From assembly GCF_004010195.1 (NCBI RefSeq), contig NC_057748.1, positions 1,048,246 through 1,112,245 of the forward strand: a stretch of DNA of 64,000 nucleotides, written 5' to 3'. This stretch comes from Chiloscyllium plagiosum. Lineage: Eukaryota. The translations under genes and the position numbers were made by a program. How positions within the stretch are numbered: position 1 is the stretch's first letter; the number at the start of each line of letters is the position of its first letter. The notes under the pieces were generated by a model that saw nothing but the letters and a program-made list of their open reading frames with translations, ran no database searches and was not told the DNA's origin. Below, one piece after another: positions 52,290-64,000 of the stretch.

Positions 52290-52573
52290 GTGGCTCAGTG
52301 GTTAGCACTGCTGCCTCACAGCGTTCAATTCCCGCCTCGGGCAACAGTTTGTGTGGAGTTTGCACATTCTCCCCGTGTCTGCGTGGGTTTCCTCCCACAG
52401 TCCAAAAATGTGTAGGTTAGGTGAATTGGCCATGCTAAATTGTCCGTAGTGTCAGGTGAAGGGGTAAATGTCAGGGAATGGGTCTGGGTGGGTTGCTGTT
52501 TGGAGGGTCATTGTGGACTTGTTGAGCTGAAGGGCCTGTTTCCACACTGTAAGTAATCTAATCTAAAAAAAAA
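52290..52573 (+). mobile_element. V-SINE (HE1-like)
   Basis: tggctcagtggttagcactgctgcctcacagc, V-domain core, taatctaatct plus A tail. Confidence 0.85.
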
Positions 52574-52806
52574 TGCCAGTTTTCAGGGCAGAGTTGGAGA
52601 TTTTACTGGGAACTGAAATGAACAACAGTCTTATCAATGGATCTGTGATTACCTATAGCATATATCAATGAGAGCTGTGATTTGGTTCACACACACACTG
52701 TAAAATATGATGTGCAGGAACCGCTTTTGGACTAGGGTGGGCAAAGTTAAAAATCACACAACACCAGACTATAGTCCAAAAGGTTTATTTGGAAGCGTTT
52801 GCTTTC

Positions 52807-55800
52807 TGTTATGACATGCAGTAAATCACTCAGCTAATTTAAACCCGACACACAGAGAAGCTCATCTCGCGCTGTAATCTATTAAATTTCGAAAGGCAAA
52901 AAACTATCTCAGAGGTCGCTATTTAAAGTAAAAATTAACAATTTTATTCTTTAAGTCCAAAAGAGAACTTTAGATAACTATTTACAACACCTTTCTCTTA
53001 AACCTATCTTTTACCTGCCACTCTATAATACTGGTCTGATTTAAAAAAGAATCCCATTTAAATATTACAGAAAAAATCACGTTTCAAAACCAGTCAACTT
53101 TGTTGATTCGCCTTTATAGATTTTCCTCTGTAGACTTTTCTAGATCAGCTTTTCTTTGGTCTTCTGCTGCTCAACTTTTCTGATGGACAGATACTTTTCA
53201 GAGAGCTATTCAGCTAGCAGTCTATACTTGTTGATGTTCTTGACAGTTCTCCCCCTAACTGTTCAAAATGTCTGGTTTTATACCTCAGCATTAGATAATT
53301 TTGTTGGTTTGATGTCATCAAAACATTCAATTCAAATTCGATTGGATTTCGGTATCTGAGGCATAATTTAAACTGATTGGCAGAATTTGAATTTGTTTTT
53401 GTTCCATGGCATTTGAATCCCAGCGATTTGTTTCAACCAATGTTACATTTTTAAATTGTTCAGTACACTGTGCTTTCAGTCAGTCCTTGCTAGCTTCCTC
53501 TCTCTCGAAGGTATAGTACACACCTACACCTTCATAACACCTCCCTCTTAAGAAAACTTGAACGATCATAATGAAAAGATGGCTTCATTTTTTTCTCTAT
53601 TCCTTAACCACATTACTATGACATACATAAGACTTTAAGTTCGTATTAATTTCTTCCCACCTATATAACATTGAATAGAAATCAATCTCATCTATACTTT
53701 CAGTTAAATCCATGATAACGCATCTGCGATTACATTCTTACAACCCGCTAAATGTATGATTTGTAAATTAAAACTCTATAACATAAGACTGCAATGAAAT
53801 AGTCTCATATTCTTGTCTTTAAAGCGTTCCCAGAATATAAGAGGATTGTGATCCGTCTCCGACACATTGTTCGTGACGTACACATTAAAATGTTGTAAGG
53901 CCAGAACCAAACTCAATAGCTATTTTTCGATCGTGGAGTATTTCCTCTGGTGGATGTTGAATTTCTTCGAAAAGTGCTCAACTGGCAGTTCAATCCCATC
54001 ATCTTCCTGTAGCAGTACAGCTCCAACTCCTGTGTCACTAGCATCGATGGCAAGTTTGAAGGTTTCAAAAAGATTGGTGTGGCTAAAACTGGTGCAGTGG
54101 TTAATATTGCTTTTAACTGGTCGAATGCCTCCTGGCATTGTTCTGTCCACCGAAACTTTGTGTTGTTCTTTAGCAAATCGGTTAATGGTGCCACTACACT
54201 GCTGAAGTTTGGAACAAACCTCCGATAGAATCTGCTTAGTCCCGAGAATCGAAGCACTTCTTTCTTTGAGGTTGGTTGTGGAAATTCCTCGATGGCCTTC
54301 ATCTTTGTGTTCCATGGGGTCAACCTTCCATGTCTGATGTTATGTCCCAAGAACGTCATTGCTGCTTTCATGAATTCAGTTTTATTTAAGTTTATCACCA
54401 GTTTTGCTTCTTATAGGCGTTCAAAGAGTTTAACAACTGTACCACGTGATCTTTCCAGGACTTAGTAAAGATCACTACATCATCCGGATGTAACCCAGCC
54501 ACAACTCTGTTCATAAGTTTTTGGAATATGGCAGATGCATTCTTCATTCCAAAGGACATCACTTTGAATTGATATAGCCCATTTGGGGTTACAAATGCAG
54601 AAATTTCTTTTGCCATCTCTGATAAAGGTACCTGCCAATAACCATGCTGTAAGTCCAACTTGGTGATGTAACTGGCTTGTCCAACTTTCTCCATATAGTC
54701 CTTCAATCTTGGTATTGGATATAAGTCCAATTTTGTAATGGCGTTGACCATCTGATAATCCTCGCCAAATCGTTAAGTCCTGTCCAGTTTGAAAGCTAAG
54801 ACAATTGGCAAACTCCACTCATGCTACCTTGGTTCAATGATATCCTCACTGAGCATGGCCTCCACCTCCTAGACCTGTCCGGCTTTGAATGGATTAAGCC
54901 GATAGGGGTGTTGTTTTATTGGAACAGTATTCTCTATGTCTACCTCATGCACAATAGCATTATTCCTCCCCATCTGTTTCCTACATATGTCCTCATACTG
55001 CAGTAACAAACCTTTTAACTGTGTTCTATGCTCCTATTCCACTCCTCAAGGACTTCATTTTTTAACATATTTTGAGGCACATCAAACTCCACAATATATG
55101 GATTTGATCCTTCACTCTGCGGGGCAGTAACTAACACATGTTTCTCCAGTTCTTTCTTCTAGTTCTCTGGAGGGGACCTACACAATCAATTATTACCCGC
55201 GTGAAAGGTTCTTCGAATGCAGAAATTGGCAACAAAGGTGCTGGTTTTATTACCATCTGTGGCTTACGTACCATTTGGTATATATGACACTATGGCAAAA
55301 GTTAACCACATCCTTGTGCATTCCCAACCAATAAAAATGTTTTTGTATTTTAGCCTGAGTCTTTCATACCCCTAGGTGACCTCATACAGGTAGTTCATGT
55401 GCTACCTATAACACTTCCTGTCTGTATGCTACTGACAATACAATCTGGTGCATTCAGCCCATTTTACCTCCGCACTAACCTGCTGTGGTCTCCATTTTCG
55501 TCTTAGGATTCTATCTTTCAGATAATAACCCTCAGGAATATTCTCCGCCTGCTTTTTGGAATACACAGCCACATATACATCTTTTATCATCTTGCCTTTC
55601 TGTTGCAAGTGTCTTAGCTCTTAAGGACTAAACACTTCAGTCTGACCCTCCTCCTGTTCAGGTTTTTCCTGCACCATTATGTCAAATAGGTAGTCTCTTA
55701 ACTGAACCTCAACTCCTTCATCTTTCTCTTTAGTTTTTGCTTCATGATGTGACTTATGATTTTGGGATCTTGTTACTACACAGTCTGGGAAAATACCAGA

Positions 55801-58800
55801 GTATTTTTCTTTTAACTCCTCAGTTTCTTGTTCTTCCTTGGGCTTCTCCACAACAAGAGATGTCACTCCCACCTTGGACCCTGCTAAATCGTTCCCAAGA
55901 TCAAACTGGATTCCTGGAACTGACACTCTTCAATCACTCCCACTGTAACTTCCCCAGTCTTGAGTTCGCACTCCAACCTGATCTTACATAGGGGAATGCT
56001 AAATTTCTGTAAATCGTTCCCAAGATCAAACTGGATTCCTGGAACTGACACTCTGTCAATCACTCCCACTGTAACTTCCCCAGTCTTGAGTTCACACTCC
56101 AACCTGATCTTACATAGGGGAATGCTAAATTTCTGTACATCTATCTGACAAATTACCACTTTCTCGGGTAACGTCAGAAAGTGTGCAGATTCACTCATCT
56201 CTTACTAGTAGAGACCGGTTAGATCCTGTATCTCTCAAAATTTCTTGTGTCGTTGCCTGCCCCTCTTTCTGAGTAAACTTTACCCATCGAGGTGAATTCT
56301 TTATAGAGATCAGGTACTAACTCCATACCCAGCCCTTGCCGAGGCTGTGCACTCACCTGCAGCTCCTTGGCTCTTCTTGGGGTTTCCTTTACTACTTTCA
56401 CTAATGCCACTGGCTTAGCTTCTTTTACCACATCTTTGCCCATTATGCCTTTCTTTAACGGCCAGCACTGTGACTTTACATGTCCCCCTTTACCACCATG
56501 GAAACATCTGAGGCCTTTCACCTACTTGCCACCCTCTTGGGCTTCTTTTTTAACCTGTTGTAAACACTTAGAAGTGTTCTCTATTCTTTGTTTCTTGTGT
56601 AGGATCTCCCCTTCTCCCAATTTCTATCCCTCACAGACAAAATGCTGCCCGGAATCTTGGCTTATGTACCAACATGTATTCATCTGCGAATTCTCCTGCC
56701 CTTCTCATTTCCTGAACTTCCTGTGAATTAAACTACCCCAGCAGAATAATCTGTCTTAGAGCCTCATAGGTCTTATCTATCTTTAATGCCCACACCCATC
56801 AATCAAAGTGACTATGTTTAATTCTTTTGAACTCAAAATAAATCTGACCTGGTTCCTCCTTTTGTGTTTCTGACCTGCTGTGTGTTTGCTTCTGGTACCA
56901 ATTCATAAGCACTTGAAATAGCCTGTTTGACCACTTCATAATCTCTTGACCCCTCATCTGACAGCATGGCAAATACCTCACTAGCTCTGCATACCAGTTT
57001 AGTCTGAACTAGCATTACCCATGAATCCTCGGATCACCCCGTCTGCCTCGCCAATTTTTCAAATGAAATGAGGAAGGCTTTGATATCTTTCTCATCAAAA
57101 TGTGGCAGAGTTTTGACATATTTGTATATATCACTACCTTCTCTTTTAATCTCCATCCTGTTAACTTGACTTTGCTTACTAAGTTGCAACTTCTCAAGTT
57201 CAAATTCTGTCTCCTTTTGCTCAGCTAAGAACCTTCCATCTCTTTCACCTTTCTTTTCTCTCCTCTCTCTTTCTTCTATTTCTCTTTCCCTTTTTTCTTT
57301 CTCTCTCTTTGCTCAACTAAAAACCTCCTCTCTCTTTTTCCTCTCTCTCGCTTTGTTTATCTTCTAACTCCATTTTCCTCAATTGTAATTTTTTTTTTAA
57401 CTCTACTGTACTTATCTGTTTCTCTGGCATGCCTAAGTGTTTGAGTAATTCCCTACAATTTCAGCTTTGTTTTTGTCCTTGGTTAAACCCAATTCTAATC
57501 TCTTTGCTAATTATTAAAGTATGTCTTTACTTTTCTTTCTAAACTTTCTTGGCAAATTTGGGAATCATCTTCAAACCCCAGAACTTCTTTAGCAATTTTA
57601 ACAGCCATTTCTCTCACTTTTAATTGAACCAACCACAAGTAACCGAAATTAAACAAATTGTCCCCCACGTTTTATTTAAAGATCTAGGACACTAATCGGC
57701 AAGTGTTTAAATGTGCTGGGCTTTTGTCAAACCCCAAATCTATTCAAATCTGTCTAAATCTCAGACTGGGTCTGTCTAAGCCTGTTCACTTCACGAATCC
57801 GAGACCCAAACTGTTCAAATCCTGGCATGGAGCCCCCAAACTGTTATGACATGAGGTAAAACCCTCTGCTAATTTAAACCTGACACAGAGAAGCTCACCA
57901 TGCGCCATAAATCTGTTAAATTTTGAGAGGCAAAGAACTATCCCAGCGGTTACTATTTAAAGTAAAAATTAACAATTTTATTTTTTAAGTCCAAAAAAGA
58001 ACATTAGAGAGCTATTTAAAACTGCTTTCTCTTAAACCTATCTTGCCTCCCACTCTACAATACTGTTTGGATAAAAAAAAATTACGTTTCAAAACCAGTC
58101 AGCTTTGTTGACTTGCCTTTGTAGGTTTCCTCTGTAGATTTTTCTAGAGTTAAGGAGATGTCCAGCATGGAAACAGACCCTTCGGTCCAACCTGTCTATG
58201 CCCCACCTGCCAGCACCCGGCCCATATCTCTCCAGACCCTTCCTATCATATATCCATCCAAATGCCTCTTAAATGTTGCAATTGTACCAGCCTCCACCAC
58301 TTCCTCTGGCAGCTCATTCCATACACGTACCACCCTCTGTGTGAAAAAGTTGCCCCGTTGATCTCTTTTATATCTTTCCCCCCTCACCCTAAACCTATGC
58401 CCTCTAGTTCTGGACTCCCCGACCCAGGGAAAAGACTTTGTCTATTTACCCTATCCATGCCCCTCATAATTTTGTAAACCTCTATTAGGTCACCCCACAT
58501 CCTCCGACGCTCCAGTGAAAACAGCCCCAGCCTGTTCAGCCTCTCCCTATAACTCAAATCCTCAAACCCTGGCAACATCCTTGTAAATCTTTTCTGAACC
58601 CTTTCAAGTTTCACAACATCTTTCCGATGGGAAGGAGACCAGAATTGCACGCAATATTCCAACAGCGGCCTAACCAATGTCCTGTACAGCCGCAACATGA
58701 CCTCCCAACTCCTGTACTCAATACTCTAACCAATACAGGAAAGCATACCGAACGCCTTCTTCACTATTCTATCTACCTGTGACTCCATTTTCAAGGAACT

Positions 58801-59484
58801 ATGAACCTGTACTCCAAGGTCTCTTTGTTCAGCGGTACTCCCCAGGACCTTACCATGAAGTGTATAAGTCTTGCTAAGATTTGCTTTCCCACAATGCAGC
58901 ACCTCGCATTTATCTGAATTAAACTCCATCTGCCACTTTTCAGCCCATTGGCTCACGTGATCAAGATCCTGTTGTAATCTGAGGTAATCTTTTTCGCTGT
59001 CCACTACACCTCCAATTTTGGTGTCAACTGCAAACTTACTAACTTTACCTCTTATGCTTGCATCCAAATCATTTATGTAAATGACAAAATGTTCTAGGTC
59101 AGCTTTTCTTCGGTCTTCTGCACAACTTTTCTTACGTACAGGTACCTTTCAGTGAGCTATTCGGCTAGTAGTCTATACTTGTTGGTGTTCTTGGCAGTTC
59201 TCCCCCTAACTGTTCAAACTGTCTGGTTTAAACCCCAAAACATCAGATCATTTCATTGGTTTGATGTTATTTCAAATTTGTTTGGATTTTGGCACCTGGG
59301 GCATAATTTAAACTGATTGGCCGAATTCGAATTTGTTTTTGTTCCATAGCATTGGAACTCCAGCTACATGTTTCAGCCAAGTGTTACATTTTTAAATTGT
59401 TTAGTGCTGACTGTGTTTTCAGTCAGTCCTTGCTAGCTTCCTCTCTCTCTTGAAGGTACAGTACACACCTACACCTTCATAACA
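52807..59484 (-). mobile_element. decayed Gmr1-like Ty3/Gypsy LTR retrotransposon
   Basis: LTRs 57842-59484 (5') and 52807-53539 (3'), both TGTTATG...CATAACA; tRNA-Pro-like PBS (TGGGGGCTC) at 57838-57817; polypurine tract at 53540-53550; gag, zinc knuckle, protease LRDTG, integrase HH-CC and IDCVGPL, RT and RNase H remnants. Confidence 0.9.
58148..59091 (-). mobile_element. CR1 3' fragment inserted in the 5' LTR
   Basis: ORFs 58726-59067 and 58384-58698 are CR1 RT C-terminus; absent from the other LTR; ttctag duplicated at 58142-58147 and 59092-59097. Confidence 0.9.
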
Positions 59485-61879
59485 CTTTTGGGACGCTGCT
59501 CCTTCAGGTAGCTGTTTAGCAGGATCAGGGACACAGAATTTATAGCAATGCATTACAGTGTCATGCAACTGAAATTATATATTGAACAAACCTAGATTGC
59601 TGTTAAGTCTTTCATTTTTTAGAATGGGTTACAGGTTCGGTTCTTTAATATGTAAATCCCAGAATTTTTTTAACTCACATTCTCAAGATAACTTAAAGTT
59701 TTATAAAACAAAGTGACATCTCAGCTCAGATAGTGCATTAAAGGTATGCGGTTAGAGTCTGTCTGTATCCCCATCTTGAGTTGGACTGGTTCTATTTCCA
59801 AAGTAGGAATTTATAAAATATTGCGTGGATTGATTGTGCCTGCATTGACTGCTTGTAGATTATGTGCTTTTTGAGCAAAATAGAACATATCTGCAAATAT
59901 AATTCTGCAGATGCAAAACCCCCATAGACTTATATGTGTGTGTGCATGCATGAGAGACTGAGAGTGTGTGTTTGCATGTGTGCATACTTGGTAAAGTGTT
60001 TGTGAGTGTGATGGAGTATAAGCCTGTGACAGGGTGTGTGCATGGATGTGAGTGTGGAGGGTGTATGTATGTATATGTGTGTGTGTGTGAGAGCGTGTGT
60101 ATATGAGAGAGTCATGTATATGGGTGTGTGAGTATGTAAGAGTGTGTGACAGAGAGAGAGTATGGTACAGTGGGGTCACCTGTAATGTGACATGAACCCA
60201 AGATCCTGGTTGAGGCCATTCTCATGGGTTCTGAACTTAGCTATCAGCCTCTGCTCCATGACTTTGCGTTGTTGCTTGTCCTGAAGTCCGCCTTGCAGGA
60301 TGGTCACCCGAAGATCCAAGGCCGAATGTCCCTGACCGCTGAAGTATTCCCTGACTGGGAGGGAATACTTCTGTCAAGCAATCCGTTGTCGTAGCGTCTG
60401 CTTGGTCTTGCCGATGTACCATGCCTCAGGGCATTCTTGCCTGCAACATATGACATAGACAGCATTGCCCAAGCCTCATGAGTACCTGCCGCATACATGG
60501 TGGGTGTTGTCCCCACATGTAATGGTGTACATGTGGGGGCACCACCCACCATGTACACGGCAGGTATGCATGTGACTCGGCTAACCTTGTCTATCTCATA
60601 TGCTGCAGGCAAGGATGCCTTGAGAAATGGTACATTGGCGAGACCAAGCAGACGTTATGACTGCGGATGAATGGATACTGTACAACAATCACCAGACAGG
60701 GATGTCCTTTCCTAGTTGGGGAATACTTCAGCGGTCAGGGACATTCGACCTCGGATCTTCAGGTGACCATCCTCCAAGATGGATTTTGGAATATGCAACA
60801 ACGCAGGGTGGTCAAGCAGAGGCTGATAGCTCAGTTCCAAACCCATGAGAATGGCCTCAACTGGGACTTTGGGTTCATTCACAGTACAGGTGACCCCACC
60901 ACACTATTTGCTCTCTCTCTCGTGCGCACACACACACACCCTGTCACATGCTTCTACTTCATCACACTCTCTCAGACACTTTACCAAGCATGCACACAAG
61001 CAAACACACACTTTCTAACGCACACACCTCTCTTGCTCATGCATGCACACACACTTAGAAGTCTGAGGTAAATTTGCATTTGCAGAACTATTTTTGTAGA
61101 TATATTTTGCTCAAAAAACGTACACGTCTGCAGGCAGTCAATCCATGCAATATTTTGTAAATTCCTACTGTGGAAATAGAATCAGTTTGACTCAAAATTG
61201 GGATACAGACAGACTCTAACCTCACACCTTTAATGCATTGTCTGAGCTGAGATGTCACTTTGTTTTATAAAACCTTAAGTTATCTCAAAAATATGACTTA
61301 AATGAAGTTCTGGGATTTACATATTAATGAACCGAACCTGTAACCCATTCTAAAAGATGAAAGACTTAATGGCAATTTAGGTTTCTGTTGCATGACACTA
61401 ATCTTTTGCTATAAATTCTGTCTTATGATCCTGCTCCACAGCCACTTAATGAAGGAGCAGTGATCTGAAAGTTAGTGCTTCCAAATAAACCTGTTAGATT
61501 ATAACCTGGTGTTGTGTGATTTTTAACTGTAAAACATACCAATACACTATTTAAATGTCTAAAAATTGCAAATTATCTGTTAGTTTATTTCAGCATTACT
61601 TATGGGAGCTTGATGTTTACAAACTGACAACTGCTTTTTCTACATGACAGTAGTGACTGAACCTCAAAACAATAACATCTCATTGGCTGAGGTAGGATTT
61701 CCTGAAGCACTATATAAACAAATTCACTCTTTGGTCTTTTATCCAGTGTAGTATTTGTGTTTATTTAATAATATTCAGTAAAGCCAGTTCTGCTTACTTA
61801 CTGTTATTTGGTAAAGTGATTGTTTACTGAAGTAGTGAAAGTGAACTTCATTTGCTAGAGACAGCAGAGTTTAGAGATG

Positions 61880-63140
61880 AATTGACTGTTCGTTTCAAGA
61901 AAAAATATAAAGAATACCAGAAATGCTTCATTGCATTCATTGATCTGACCAAAACATTTGATTTATTAAAAATTAGGAGGTTCTGTGGATTATGTTCCCA
62001 GGATTAGGATGTCTAACAAACATCCTCACAATCTAGCAGCTGTTTCATGATGATATGACTGCAACCATCTTGAGTAGGAGATCTGAAACAGATGGCAAAC
62101 TCTTTAACCGCAATCACCTCTGTGTCCCAAATTGAAATAACTACTGTAGACATGCATGATTTACAGTTTGTGGATGATTACTGTGAAACTGCTCATTCTG
62201 CACCACGTTTGCAGGTCACTCTGAATCTTTTCAACTTTGCACACAGGAAGCTTGGTTTGACCATGAGTGTTTCCAAAACAAAACTTATGTCAACCCATAC
62301 CTGGTCAGACAAATATTCTACCTTCCTAATGTGCTCAATGAGGGAAATGTTGAGCATATGCCACCTTTGATGAAGAGATCCAACATAGGAGCGGTTGTGT
62401 CTGTTCAACTTCCTGCAAATTACAACAAAAGTGCTGACAGCAAATACCTCAACAAATTAACAGAAGTCCTAGTGTACAGAGCAATTGTATTCACCAAATC
62501 CCTATACTGCAGTGGGATTCAGATAGCATATTAGTCATGCACAAAAACATAAAAGAAATTCTGTCAGCAATCTCTCTGCCACATCCTTCAAATTCAATGG
62601 AAGGATTGTTGAATAAATGCAATGTCTTCCTTGAAGCCAGTTCCACAGCATTAAGTTAAAACTCTTGCAGAATAATGTTCCATGGGCTGGACATTCTATC
62701 TGAGTGACTGGAAACTATCTTCCAGATGAGGTTGAGGAAAATGCTTCAAAGAGACTCTGAAACTCTCTTGAAGAATGGCAGCATTGATCACCAGGTGGGG
62801 CTTTCTGCCAATCACTGGTGAAATTCATCTCTCGCTGTATCAGGTGTTGAGGCCAAGTGATGGTGAAGGAAAGAAAAGGAACAAACCAGGACTGTGGTTT
62901 ACTTCGCTCGTTTTGTAAAATATTCTGTGGCACCTCTCTTGACCTCAAACCTAAAAATGATTAATTCAGCACTCTAGAATCTTGCTGTGCACGGATTGAC
63001 CACTGCAGTTCCTATGTTACAATATCTTTGCTACTGCTCCCACATGGATATCCTACCCTGTCTGTCCAAAGATTGAAGGGTTGCGAATTGACCTGTGAAG
63101 TCAAATGAAAGCATCATCCACAAATGGAGGGACAACTAAT
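61880..63140 (+). mobile_element. highly degraded RTE-type LINE RT fragment
   Basis: FIAFIDLTKTFD, QLFHDDM and DLQFVDD motifs, and a C-terminal ggagggacaac-like end typical of RTE elements. Confidence 0.6.
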
Positions 63141-64000
63141 GATGGCATCATGTGGTGAGAATTATGATAAATCATAATGTGTGGTGATCGATGATTTATT
63201 TACCAGACATATTTATTTGGGGTATTGACGACTGCTGCTCCATTCAGTACCTTAAACTTTCATTTCTTCCAATGTTTGCCCTCCACAAGATATACGGCAA
63301 CAACTCACCAAGATTCTTTTGACAGTGTCTATATCATCTGGAAGAATAGGGCAGCAAGCACACACGCCATGTTGCCTTCATTGTTGCTGAAAAGCCTGGA
63401 ACTTCTTCCTTAACAGAATTGCACACACAGCTGCATCAGATGGACTGCAGTGGTTCCAGAAGTTAGGTAATCCCCAACTTTTTAAGGACAATTAGGGATG
63501 GACAATGAATGCCTACAAGTGACATTGACATTTCAAGAACAAATAAAGTTGAAGCTAAAGATTGGAGGTATGGATAAGGATGTTAAAAAAAATGAGGTGA
63601 AAGGTTAGGAAAATGAAGGGCAGGAAATTGAGGTGAAGGAGAAAATGGAGGTGAAAATACTCATGTCTGAGTGAATGAGACAAAAGATTTGTTCATTCCT
63701 AGCATCTCATGGGAATGAAGTTTAGCATTGTTTTAGCATGAGACATTGAAGGATTCCTTGCAGCTATCGAATTTCCTTGAGAGATTAGGTCGTATGGAAT
63801 ATTTTGTCCCCAAATAAATTTGAGCAGAAGTTTAACCTGGATCCTACAATGCATCAGCACTGTCACAAAACTAAATCCTGTTTGATACTAACAGAATATG
63901 CATCACGCTAGTTACTTCTATGGGGAATTCTCAATTCCATTGAACTATGCTGGTCTGTTTGTGAAGTGGGAATATTTCTTGAATTATTTGGAAAATCCCT

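Larger units (their letters stand above)
52709..61525. mobile_element. Penelope-like element with about 1-kb inverted arms, split by the LTR element
   Basis: Left arm 52745-52806 plus 59485-about 60545 is inverse to about 60550-61527; GIY-YIG LVYLICC...WYIGETKQTL at 60580-60880; duplication actgtaaaa(t/c)at at 52697-52708 and 61526-61537. Confidence 0.85.

Overview
Vertebrate nuclear DNA, most likely a cartilaginous fish (HE1-type V-SINEs, abundant CR1 LINEs, Penelope-derived repeats), with two assembly gaps. Three spliced protein-coding genes can be rebuilt by hand. (1) The last three coding exons of WBP11 (+, 2656-9154). (2) A multi-exon CCDC96/CFAP184-like ciliary gene (+, about 16758-37169; true start unresolved; RFX X-box/CCAAT promoter at about 12.8-13.1 kb). 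(3) A complete 79-aa photoreceptor PDE6 gamma-subunit gene, most likely PDE6H (-, 40942-38204), which the ORF track misses; a candidate non-coding first exon and a CRX/OTX2-site cluster lie upstream. A CpG island with a 44-bp minisatellite, YY1 and X-box motifs and a splice donor (about 49.9-51.2 kb) marks the 5' end of an unidentified + strand gene. The rest is transposon-rich: a near full-length CR1, a Gmr1-like (integrase-before-RT) LTR element nested inside a Penelope element, and a solo LTR. Many short, often palindromic Penelope-derived insertions carry minimal hammerhead-ribozyme cores, several with about 13-bp target-site duplications. All calls are by eye; no database searches were run.
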